DNA of 64,000 bases. Origin: Massalongia carnosa. Its lineage: Eukaryota. Both the position numbers and the translations under genes were made by a program. The notes below the pieces were generated by a model. The model saw only the letters and a list, made by a program, of their open reading frames with translations. It did no database searches and was not told where the DNA came from. Location of the stretch: contig OZ287068.1 of assembly GCA_965645245.1 (NCBI GenBank), positions 992,001 to 1,056,000 on the forward strand. Reading direction: 5' to 3'. Below, one piece after another: positions 13,291 through 24,251 of this stretch. The first letter of the stretch is position 1; the number at the start of each line of letters is the position of its first letter.

Positions 13291-16200
13291 CTACCGAAAC
13301 CCCGGTTTCCCCTTCTTCCTACCCTTTCCCCTGCCCCCCCCACTTCCACTCCCTAGGGGTTGGTTCATTCTATCACCCACCCCGATCCCCACCCGCTGAC
13401 TACTCCCCAGCGCATCCCGCGCGGGCGAAGGCTGGCTCTCCCTCACCCTCGTCGGGGCTGACGAGGGCGGCGGAGGAGGCTGCTGCTGCGAGGATGAACC
13501 GGCGAGACTCTGGGCGCGCTGGCGCTGGAGGCGCTTCTGGAGGCGCTGTCGCTTTTTCAACTTCGCTTTCGCGGCTTCGTCGTCGTCGTCGTCGTCGTCA
13601 TCGTCTTGATGTACGTGCCCTGCGGCGATAGCATCCTGGGTGGTTTCCCAATCGTAGGTGTCCGGATTGGCGCCCTCGCTCCAGTGGTGTAGAATATCGG
13701 ACGCCGCAGAGGGGAGGGCCGGTTGTGGGGTGAGCGTTGCGAGAGTGCGGAGACGCTGGCTGGCTGGGTCTTCGTCTAGGACTGTGGCGAGGGATGGAGA
13801 AATCGAACTTTTGGAGCGCAGGGAAGGGGTTTTCTCGGGGGTGGGGAGAGTCGGAGCAGGGAGGCTTGGGGAAGGGGGGAGGAACCCAGTGTCCTCCGAG
13901 ATTTGCGAGGAGGCGAGCGGCGAAGACGATCTTTGGGGTAATACATCTTGTTGAGGTTTTGCAGGGCGAATTGTTAGGGATCTCTTCCTTCGAACTGGAA
14001 GGTTGAACGACTGGTCGGTCATGTGAAAAGGTTCGTGAGCGATTTCATCGTTCTCAGCTGGTAATGGGCTAGGGGTAAAACGTATGCCATATATGGCGAG
14101 GAACAGCTGGGTTGCTAATTCTCTGATTCGCTTCGCCATTGCCACTCGGACTCGACCTGGCACTGCTGTTGGTAAAGGGCTTATCCATAACTTGATAAGA
14201 TTATCATATATTTGGGAAAGTGATAGTTCCTGGCTGACAGATGAACACACATCTAGAGCGGCAGACATTTGAAGTGTCATGAACTCCACCACCCGATGCA
14301 CATTTTGAGTCGGGTCTTCATTATCGTGTTTGCCATCCACAATTATGTCCCCGATTGACGTGAGGAAATCACGCAGAGCGGTAGAATACACATCTACGTC
14401 TTCAATAAGAACCTCTTCACCCAAGATTTGGAGACTCGTTAAGTTAGCAAAGGATGCAGCATGAGAATCCGAAGTACACTACTCACAAACTTTCTATCCC
14501 TGGAGGACCGTAGCTAAGTTTGTTAATAATCGCAGAGCGTATGGAATGCAGGCACTCGTCGAGAGGCGCACCTATAGCACCCTGGTTCCTTGAAAATCTA
14601 GGTGAATGTTCTCCAATTTCCCTCTCCAGCCACTCAAAATCGAGTGTCCACGGATCTTCTTTAGAAGCAAGCTTATTTTGGGATTTATCTTCATTCCAGT
14701 TTGGACGTGTTGGCTGAAGGCTGGAGCCCTCTAGACTCTGGAGCGAAACCCGGTTGGGTACAATAAAGTCATCCTCTCTAACTCTCGCAGGGGAATCGTG
14801 AAATTTTCTACGTTTCTGGACTTCGGGTGGTTGGATCTGCGTGGAGTCTCCTATTGGCTGCCCAACGTAGAGGCATTCATGTAAGCTCAAGTCATTTAAC
14901 AACGTGAGAAGCTGATAGAACTTGACTCCACCCTCGTTATACTGATTTCCGAGTCCGGGGGTCATAGATCCATCCTGGATGTCATATTCAACCACCTTTA
15001 GTTGGAGATTCAAGATGGACGGCATTTGAGCAGATATATGACTGGACTGGATCAGAGTGCTGGCGGCTGAGAGTTCGTGGCTTAAAGGGAGAATAAAAGG
15101 GTCAGAAATAGATAGTGGAAGGCCAGGGGGCGAAGTCGAGGTTTGGAAGGTAAAGACTGTACAGAGCGAGGTCAAACGGGAGTATAAAACAACCATTGTT
15201 GCTGTCTCACAATCAGTTAGATCCCTGTTCCGGGATTTGAACAAAGTACATACTGTTTCCCTCTATTAGAACATTCATTTGCAGACTATTATCATCATGG
15301 TCTCGAAAGTGCCACCACGAAAGCAATATTTTTGCCCCTGAATCAGTGTCTGCCTCACTATGATCGTCATTACCAGGGATAATTTGCAACCAGAAAATGC
15401 GTGTGGATGTCGTTAAAAATATATGAGTATCATCGGAAGGGTTTCTCTTCAAATCTAGAATGCGATCTGTGCTTTCAGATAGAGCAAGATCAGGTGTAAA
15501 AAGTCGCTTTGTATTATTACTCAGAATATGGAAAACTGAGAATTTTCTTCGATTGGCAACAACGATGGTATTTTCGTCACCAGCCCATAAGATTATCCCC
15601 CACCCGTCCTTGTATGCAGTTGAGTCCGGATTCTCTTCAAGGTCTTCAGTGATATGTCCGCTAGGACCTGCCTTCGTCGTGCATGACCCACCATGCAAAC
15701 GATGATTTTCAAGCTCCCAAATAGACCAGCCACCTTGCTGATCAACAACAGCAAATTGCCTATTGTTCCATATATTGAAGGAGAGGTCGGCATAGGGGAA
15801 ACCTCCCGTTTGTTCAGCTGATAATGTTACAGTGTGGTTTGCGTCCAGGGTAGACTGTCTGTTTTGTGTGGCAGTTAGATGTGACGAGTAAGATGGACTT
15901 TTTGGCAAAGGCCTCAAAAGAAGGCGAGGATTCAATATTGAGATAACACCATGATATCGCACTGCAAGCCATGAGCTTGATCCCCTCTCACTCTCTGCGA
16001 AACACAATTGGTGGATCGGGCTGGCGTTGCCACACCACCAGCCTTGCTCTTCATCATCCGGGGTCAGATATCGGAGGAACACTTCCCCATCCCCATCCCA
16101 GCCAAGCTGATCCTTTCTCAGCCGTATCAGCCTTACTTTTTCGCCCGCGGAACCACTAGCAAAGGCAACAATGGGCACACTTTTCTCTTGAGACCGCTTA

Positions 16201-16617
16201 CCTGTCAGGACTTCAGCTCTTCCAAAGGAGAGCAAGGTCGACTTGGCGGGATCATGAATCGATGTGATCCGGTCAACAAGTTCTGATGTCTGGGCAAGCT
16301 CAGGAAGCAATGAGATGCCTGGCACAATTTCAGGGAGGAGCTGGGCGAGGGCTTTGATTTGCCGATTACGCTCAAGAGCCGATTGCGGTTTCGTGGAGAA
16401 ACTTTCTTGGAAGGAAGGCGGAACCACAATGGTTGGCTGTCCCAGAAGATTCAGTTGACGGGCTTTAAACAAGGTTAATATTATATCCGATATTGTATGA
16501 ATAAAATTACTTGCTTATGCATGGTGTCCTTGTAAAATACCATCTATGGCTTTCATCATCAAAAATCGCCTCTCCCAGATGACCGTACTGAAGGTCGGTT
16601 GAGCGGGCTTCATTCAT
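13291..16617 (-). CDS. RRN6: RNA polymerase I core factor subunit Rrn6-like
   Basis: N-terminal LQYGHLGEAIFD...W.F.R, beta-propeller-like PIHQLCFA...WLAVR, ADLSFNIWNNRQFAVVDQQGGWSIW, LLSWWHFRD; C-terminal HHWSEGANPDTYDW and ...KKGKPGFR. Four exons. Confidence 0.82.
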
Positions 16618-16956
16618 TCGGCTTTCGTCTGGTTTTGATTATGTACAAGTGACTGTGTTTGTGGACACGGCGCATATCGGATCGTCACACAAAATGAGTA
16701 TTATAAGTAATCTTAAAAGTAGGTAGTCGTATTATTTAGCCCTACATCCCCGTGTCACAGTTTTTGGAAACGTGAGATCTCCAAACGCAGATTAGCGCCG
16801 TTGCTATGAAGCTAGAAGGTAAACAGACGAACGAACTCTATGCAACATAACCTCCTCCCAAAACCCTGCTAATTGTACTTCCATCTTCGTTAGAATCCAC
16901 GTCACGACGTCGTTGCAGCTTCAGTTCCAACGTTGTGAACAATAGTGATTTTAGGT

Positions 16957-17785
16957 ATGGCAACTATGTTCGAACCATCTCTCTCCACAAGCACCATGCG
17001 ACCACCCCTCACCCTAGCCGACGCGCCCTCCATGGCCGACAGCCTTCCAAGCATCAACTTCGGATTCGATGACCTCCGAGAGCGTATGGCACGCTTCACG
17101 GATCGCTTCGATGATTTCATTGCCAAAGGCCGCAAGCGCGTTCTGGAAGAGCGCAACCAATTCCGCCTCAATGTTGCTGAACTCCAGGGTAAGCTCCCTC
17201 CAAATCCCCCAGCGAAATAACCTGCTAACCCAACCAACAGAAGATCAACGTCTCAAACGCAAAGACCTCGAAATACTCGCCCAGAAGAATGCCGCGCACA
17301 CACATGCTCTATCCAAAGAAGCCGCTGAAACAGCCGAAGTGCGCGCTGCCGTCGCCGCTATCACAGCGCAGCGCGACGCTCGAGCCGCGCAACGCGACCG
17401 CCTCCGCGCCGACGTCGCCGCAGCCCAAAAGCAAATCGCTCAGCGGCTACAGGCCCAGCAGCAGTATGCCCGAGAGCAGGACGTGCAGGCGCGGTTCAAC
17501 GGCCCGGAGCTGGGCTTCTGGACCGACTATCTCTGTTTACGAATTGAGGGAGCCGGTAGGGACGATCGGCTAAAATTCGTGTTTGATCATGTGTGCGAGC
17601 GGGATTGGGCGCGGGAGGCGTGGTTTGAGGTTGATACAGAAAGGCGGGAGTACCGGGTGGTGACGGTACGGCCAAAATTGGAGGGAGAGGAGGTGGAGAG
17701 GTGCGTGGAGCGATGGAATGAGAATCGGGATCTGGGCATGTTTTTGAAAGGGATGCGGGAGTTGTTTGTAGCGACGATGAAGTAA
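16957..17785 (+). CDS. SPC25: Ndc80 complex kinetochore subunit Spc25
   Basis: LPSINFGFDDLRERMARFTDRFDDFIAKGRKRVLEERNQF, coiled coil, RWD-like C-terminus (PELGFWTDYLCLRIEGAG..DRLKFVF...FLKGMRELF). One intron ~17189-17240. Confidence 0.9.
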
Positions 17786-18426
17786 GGGAAGGGCATTCTG
17801 TTAATCATTGCGGCTTGACTTTCTTCCATGCCGGGAGTGTAAGGTTTCTGGAACTATCAATATTTTTGGGATCTACCATCCGGTTTCCTTATCTACTCTG
17901 GCAGGACGCATGCGGGCACTGGAGTATTTATGTTCAAGCACACCGCATGCATGCTCTCCAGTAAGGAATAACAAAAAAAAATACAAAAACGATTTTTCAT
18001 GCAAGATGATTCAGATGGAGTTGCCCATAGGGAATTTGTTTACAGGAGCAGAATTAAAATCTAGACCTAGCCCTATTCGGCTACTTACATTGCGCCAATA
18101 TGGCAGCAACGTCTCGGCGCCTCGGATTCCAACGCCTTTGTTGAACACCAGGGTCGTGTCTATCGGTTCTGAGAAAGTCTCTCCTCGCTCATGATTCCTC
18201 GAGTTTACAGTCCCCGACGTGTGCAGCCTCTATAGAATTGTGTCGTTGAGAGAAGGCATACAATGATAAGTGGCGAGTAGGTAACTTAGACGCTTTAAAG
18301 GTCGTAAAGTGCCCATCCATCGAGGCCATCTCCATGTTTCGGATGCATCGCAAACTGCTCCTTTCTTGACGAGCCATGCCAGTTTTCAACAAGAGCAGTT
18401 GTCTCAGACCTAAGTTCCTTGTCAAG

Positions 18427-21400
18427 TCATAATTCATCATCTTGGTCAAGATCAGCCGGCTTTAGCAGCCCCCCGACTTTTGTAAGCCGTTCCCGTTCGG
18501 CAGCTTGCGCAGCTTTTTGCGCCTCATCTCGTTCTTCAGCGTAGAGGTCAGAAGTATCCCCAGAAAATTCCTTGAGCTGGATGAGAAAATCCCGGAGGAT
18601 CAGTTTGAATTTAGGTAGGTCGGTGTTATGGTTAAACAAGGCCTCGATGAACAGATTGATCTGTGCCCTAATATAAAATTAGTACCAATGTACATTACGG
18701 TGGAATGTAGGGCTTGCTCTTGAAGATTCGCAAAGGCTGTTTGTAGTAGGTTTAAAACAAAGGTGCGTAAAAAGCTCTTGTTGGTTGTGCCAGCCGGGGC
18801 TTGTTCAGGGGAATACACTGGATCAGTAATCTTGCCAGATTCTACGAAATAAAACATTCTTGCAAGTAACATTGACTGCGATTTGAATCCTAGTACGTGT
18901 TAGTGTGAGTTGCCCGAAAGATAGATTCTTTGTACACACCAGCTTTATGATCCGAGTCGGTGACGACAAATAAGACATCCTGCAATATGGGTACAAAAAA
19001 CTGTCGGAAGAACAGGTTTGATGTCTGTGGGTCAGATTCGGCCATGTTATCCATCAATTCAATACACATATTTAAGCCAGTGCTCTCAACTTCGCGGTTA
19101 TCATGTTTACTTGCCCACATGCAGGAATCAATGACAAACTTGAATTGGCGTCCGTCCAATTTGAGGAGAGCAGGGAAGCAGTGAAGGTTGATTGCCTTTA
19201 AAAGTTTGAAGAATTCGACTCGATGCTCTGGGTATTCAGCAAAGTTCTTGTTGATCATTTCCAGTGTGCATTCGAAGACGTTCTCCATGATAGTAGGCAC
19301 TTTATCCTCCATAAGAACCTAACTGTCATCAGCGGACTCCAAAACAGGCATGAAGAGCAGCTTCGGGCAAGTGCTCCAAGACAGAAGTTATCCCTTACAT
19401 GTAGCTTAGTAATAATCGTAGTCATTACATCCAGAACCTCCGGATCGCGTGCATCTGGGACATTCTGGTTGTAGTCCACTAGAACCGCATCCAACAAGGC
19501 CGGCACGATTTTCGTATTGACCATTTCGAGGTCGTCCGCCCTTTGGACGTAGGTATCAATAAGTTTGAGTATTTCCTTTTTGATGGTTCTCATCCCTCGA
19601 ACTTTGGGCATTTTTGTAGCAACGATTCCTTTTTAAGTTAGCCTCACGATCGAAAGATGACCGAAAAGGACATACCGTCTCGGATCACCGCGTCGGAGAT
19701 CATCTGGCTTGTAGCTCGATACATTGACAACATGTCATGGTAGATACGTCCGATTTGAGGATAAAAATAACTTCCGATTGACGAGCAAGCCGCCACGTTG
19801 GTTTTCATGATGTTGCCAACGACTTTGATAGTCTCCCCGTCCTGAAGGCTGGCAGGATCCTGATTTGCCTGATTGATGATTACATCCCACTACGAACCAT
19901 AGTCAGCCGTCAAACCATTAGAGCACTCAAGGATTCTTACTGCTTGATTGGGATACGACATCAACTCCTGGATCAGTCTTTCCTGCGTGCTCTTCTGACC
20001 TTGAGCGCTAATCATAAATCCACATGCTTCGTAGAATGTATGAACTTGCTGAGGAGTAAGATCTGCCGTAATCTTACGCATGGTTCGGACAATCTCTTCA
20101 ATGAAGGGTTCGGTCTCCCCTGCCTGCAAGGCAACAAAATGACGCCTACATTTGTTCGCAATTTTGATAAATGTGTCGCAGGCCATATCCTGAACACCTT
20201 TGTCGAAGTTAGCGATATTGAATATGAATGGTACAAACGTCCGCAGTGACACATACCTTCGTGAGTCTCATGCATAAATTCGAATAATTTATTCACGACA
20301 GTCTTCAAGAATTTCCAATGCGCTTTCAAGAACCGCGGATACTGTCCCACAATATACATGATATTGCTAGCGACAACGGCTTTGTTATCCTTTCCACGCT
20401 TCATCTCTGTCAAACCAAGGAGGTCCTTAATAACGGTGACCAGAAAACGCTTTTCTGTCTCTTCATTCATGGCACCAGATATTGACCCAATAGCCCAGCA
20501 GAGAGTATTGCAATTTACCCAAGACCACTCAGAACCATCAACTTGTCGAGAAAGCTTATCCGACATGATACTCTCTGTATCAACAACATCAAGGTGGGTA
20601 AGATAGACAAGACACTCTCGAGTAGTTTTGTACAGTTGAATGGTATCGCTTTCTTTCACAAACTCCCGGACTATTTCTCCCTCGTCGTTTTCGACTATCA
20701 AGACCTCTTCAGGGCGGACCATCTTCTCGATCATGACCTGCCGTAGGTTTGAAAGGACTTCGCTATACTTGTGTTTTCGCAAGGGATAATTAGCAAGAAC
20801 ATTTGGATGAGGTGCGCCGCCGTTCGAAAGCCCGCTAACTCCCATGTTGATAAGTGGGTTGATGTCGGTGATAGGGAGTTGTTGCATCTCGTCGTAAAGT
20901 TCCTGAACTAATTTTGTCCAGTATTCTAAGCAGATCTTGAATATTTCTCGGTCATCTATTTGTGATATGCGAATCAGGTAGAAGTGTGCATGTGTTAGGT
21001 AGTCACGGTTTGGTAGATTTTCGATGATCTGAGTTAATCAGATATATATCATTCCAAAGCACACGATATCAAACTTACATTGAGATGCATCGAGAAAAAA
21101 TTGCAAAGAAATAGCGCTAGGTTCTGTACGAACTCTTGGTCTCTTGAATTGCTCTTCGCATAGGATTCCTTCAGGTTAACAGACAAAGGAATGATCTTCG
21201 CCACAATCGTGAGCACTTCCGTAAACATCTGTACGAGTTTTTCATCGTATGGATGTTGTGGCCCTAACTGAAGACCTCCGATTTCAGTCAGGCACTTGAG
21301 AGATATGTTACGAAATTCGAGTGTTTCTAAGAATCTGCTCCGCAGAGTATCAATAATCGGTGTCTCAAATATAAAACCTAGCGGGATCCAGTTCAAGAAT

Positions 21401-22261
21401 CGAAGTAGCGTTTCCAGGGTGGCTTTGATGAGACTTGTCTGGTTAGCAGTGTTCAGAACTTCAGAACAAAGCTGGAAAATTGAAGAAAACTCTGTACACA
21501 TTGTGTTCTTGAGGTTCTTAGTCTTGACGGAAGTCATCTGATCGGCGGAGTAATCAAACACCTCCTCTGAGAGGAGCCGTAGGATGGACATGTTATTCTC
21601 GCATATAGATAGATTGGTATGGCAAGAGGAGATTATCTCGTTAATGAATGTGGGCCAGTTATGTGGCCATTCCTGTTTCAATATTGATACGAGAACGAGA
21701 TTCAGCTTGTTGAGAAACGTTCGCTCGTTTTTGAGGCTCTCCTCCGAGCTTGAACTTTGGATTATAAAATTAACGACAAAATTCCGTATGCCTGGAATCC
21801 TGATTAGCTAAAGCTATCTTGTACTTTCTACCTGCTTACCTTGACATTGTTCCTGGGGCAAAACCTTCCATTTCGTCATGATAACACTGTCCAGAACCTG
21901 CAATCCAATATCTGATAACTGTTAGCATTCTTGAGCTCCAGAGGGGTTTAGCTATTGACGGACATTTCGTTTGCGGGTATTGTGACTCTTGAAGAATCTT
22001 GTCCACTAATAGCCAGGCATCTGGATTTTCTCTAAACTGTGCAGATCATCAACATACTTCCGGCCTATGAGCGAAAGACAGATGATGGGGCTCTACCGTA
22101 CCTGGTTAAGAGTGTTCTGGGCTTGTTGTTGCTAGATATGCTGTCAGCTATAATGAGTTCAAACAAGGCGTACAAGCATAATCCTAAACTCGTACAATTT
22201 CTCCTCTGCCCTCAAAAAAGGTCCTGACCGTCGTGTCCAGCTCTTCCACAGACAACGACAT
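18427..22261 (-). CDS. CRM1: Exportin-1 (CRM1/XPO1), multi-exon
   Basis: [110 protein letters not shown]. Confidence 0.98.
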
Positions 22262-22993
22262 GCTCGCTAAATATGCTAGAAGCAAAACGCTGGTTGGGAA
22301 TAGCCGCAGCAAAGGGACTTGGTGTCGCGAGGCCCTTGAGATACCTAAAGCTTTGACATAGATGTTTTTCTGTGCTTCGGCTGATGGTAAAGTCAAGTCC
22401 GCTGGCGGGGCAAAAATAGGGTTCTTCGTACAGACAAGTACAAAACCTAAATTTTTAGGGGTAATACGATATATATGTCGAACTATTTGCTTGCTTGGTT
22501 GGTTAGCTTACTGGGAACTGGATGTTGAAACGATAGGGTGGCGGGGTAAAAGAGTGATGCTAACTCCTACACCGCGTTTCGTTCATAGGAAATGTTGAAA
22601 GCTCGCGATTGCAATTTAGATCGATGTTCCGTTCCGACATCCATTACTCAGCAGCTAACGGGCCGCCATTTCTCCGAACCATATAACAAGGCGCTGATTG
22701 GTTGTATCATCACAAGGGATGAAAGGAGCGCAATTATATATCAGACCCCAAATATAGTTCAGTACTTTTGGGTGATATCTAGATAAGACTGCAATTCTCC
22801 ATATTATGCGCCAGCCGCCGACAAAGAAAAAAGCTCCCGTTTTACACAATGTTCACTCACTTCTCCATTGCAGTTCTACCAATATATGAACACTGAAAGC
22901 TTTGGGTTATTATGGACAGGCTACAGGAAGAATTTCGATAACTAAATTCGGGCACTAATTCAGTCAGCTTCTATTCATACTTGGTACTAAGGT

Positions 22994-23619
22994 TTAGACG
23001 ATAGAGATACTCACATTCCCATAGTCCTGTTCTGTGAGTGTTTGTAACCATTTTGGTCGACATCGAATTAATTGATGTTGCTGCTTCCACATCTTTCGTA
23101 GATTGGAATCTGTCTCGCAAAAATTCCATGCATTGACCGCCGGGTAGCTGTCGATAATCTGCACAATGATGCTGTTGCCGATACCCCCGATTTGGACTCC
23201 TCCGACTCCACCCTTGTTGGTGATCTTGTAACATAATCCGCAACTGCCGCTTGGAAATTGTGGGGATTCATAGCCGTCTGAGGAAGATTGTCCGTCGCAG
23301 CGTGACATTTCGATGCTACCAGGGCATTTACCACCAGAGATATCGGGAGAAATATCGCCAGCGGCAGCACTATAGGTACCGGGTGTACCTAAAAGGGGAC
23401 TAAATCGAGCCTTCTATCATACCACATAAAGGGAGATCAAGGCGCCACACGAAGTACGAAAACCAAGCGTACCAGACTTCGGCCCACAGTTAGTGTTCTG
23501 CTGAGTACTATAATCATTAAAGGTTGCTACACCGGTGTAGCCTGCCAATATATAATCCAAACCAGGGATAGAGGCAGCTACAAAACTAGTCAAAGCGACA
23601 AAAGAATGATAGGAAGCAT
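22994..23619 (-). pseudogene. Small secreted Cys-rich double-psi-beta-barrel (barwin/expansin/GH45-like) protein, disrupted
   Basis: Reconstructed: signal-like FVALTSFVAAS, GYTGVATFNDY...NCGPKS|GTPGTYSAAAGDISP...SCGLCYKITN...NSIIVQIIDSYP..AWNFC / IPIYERCGSSNIN*FDVDQNGY. Frameshifts near the start and the C-terminus; TAA at 23068-23070. Confidence 0.65.
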
Positions 23620-24180
23620 TTTCCTTGCTGATCGGAGTATCATTGGTTTTGGACGAATATGATTATCCCCAAGGATTGATAAACTAGAAGCTTTTCACAC
23701 TGTAAAGGAATGTGTGATCTTTAGAAATTTAAACAAGCTATAACGATCGTGGTCCAGATAATCTAGCAGTAGCAACAAAGTAGAGAATTTCGCTGAAACC
23801 CCATAGCACAGGCGTATAGGAGACGGGAAAAAGGTAGGAGGTGAACAAGAACCTAAAAATCGGCGAACCCAAAGACTCTTATTTCTGCAAGTAACAGGCG
23901 TAACGTTAAATATGTAAAGAGGCCTCACCGTAATAGCGACTGCACAGATCCAGTGGAGTGTATAAGCAGTCCCTGGCAATATGGCTGAGTAGGTCAGTCG
24001 CTTATTTTGGAACGCATCACGAAACGAAGATACAGATCAGTTCTCGACTGGATAATCATCAAGGCAAGCAAGTAGGAATACAGTCAGAAACACGTGCACA
24101 GCCCCCACGACTATAGAGAGTCCAGAGCAGGCCTCGCCTCAAGTTGATGACCCCACATTAGTAGTTTAACACTATCCACG

Positions 24181-24251
24181 TTTTGCCAAGTTGACGTTTG
24201 CCAAGTCGACGTTTGCCAAGTCGACGTTTGCCAAGTCGACGTTTGCCAAGT
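24181..24251 (+). repeat. 15-bp tandem repeat (GTTTGCCAAGTCGAC) x ~4.7
   Basis: Read directly from the sequence; five GCCAAG cores at 15-bp spacing. Confidence 0.95.

Noticed and set aside
24181..24251. CRISPR-like array
   Set aside because: Units are contiguous with no unique spacers, the context is eukaryotic and there are no cas genes; it is a minisatellite.
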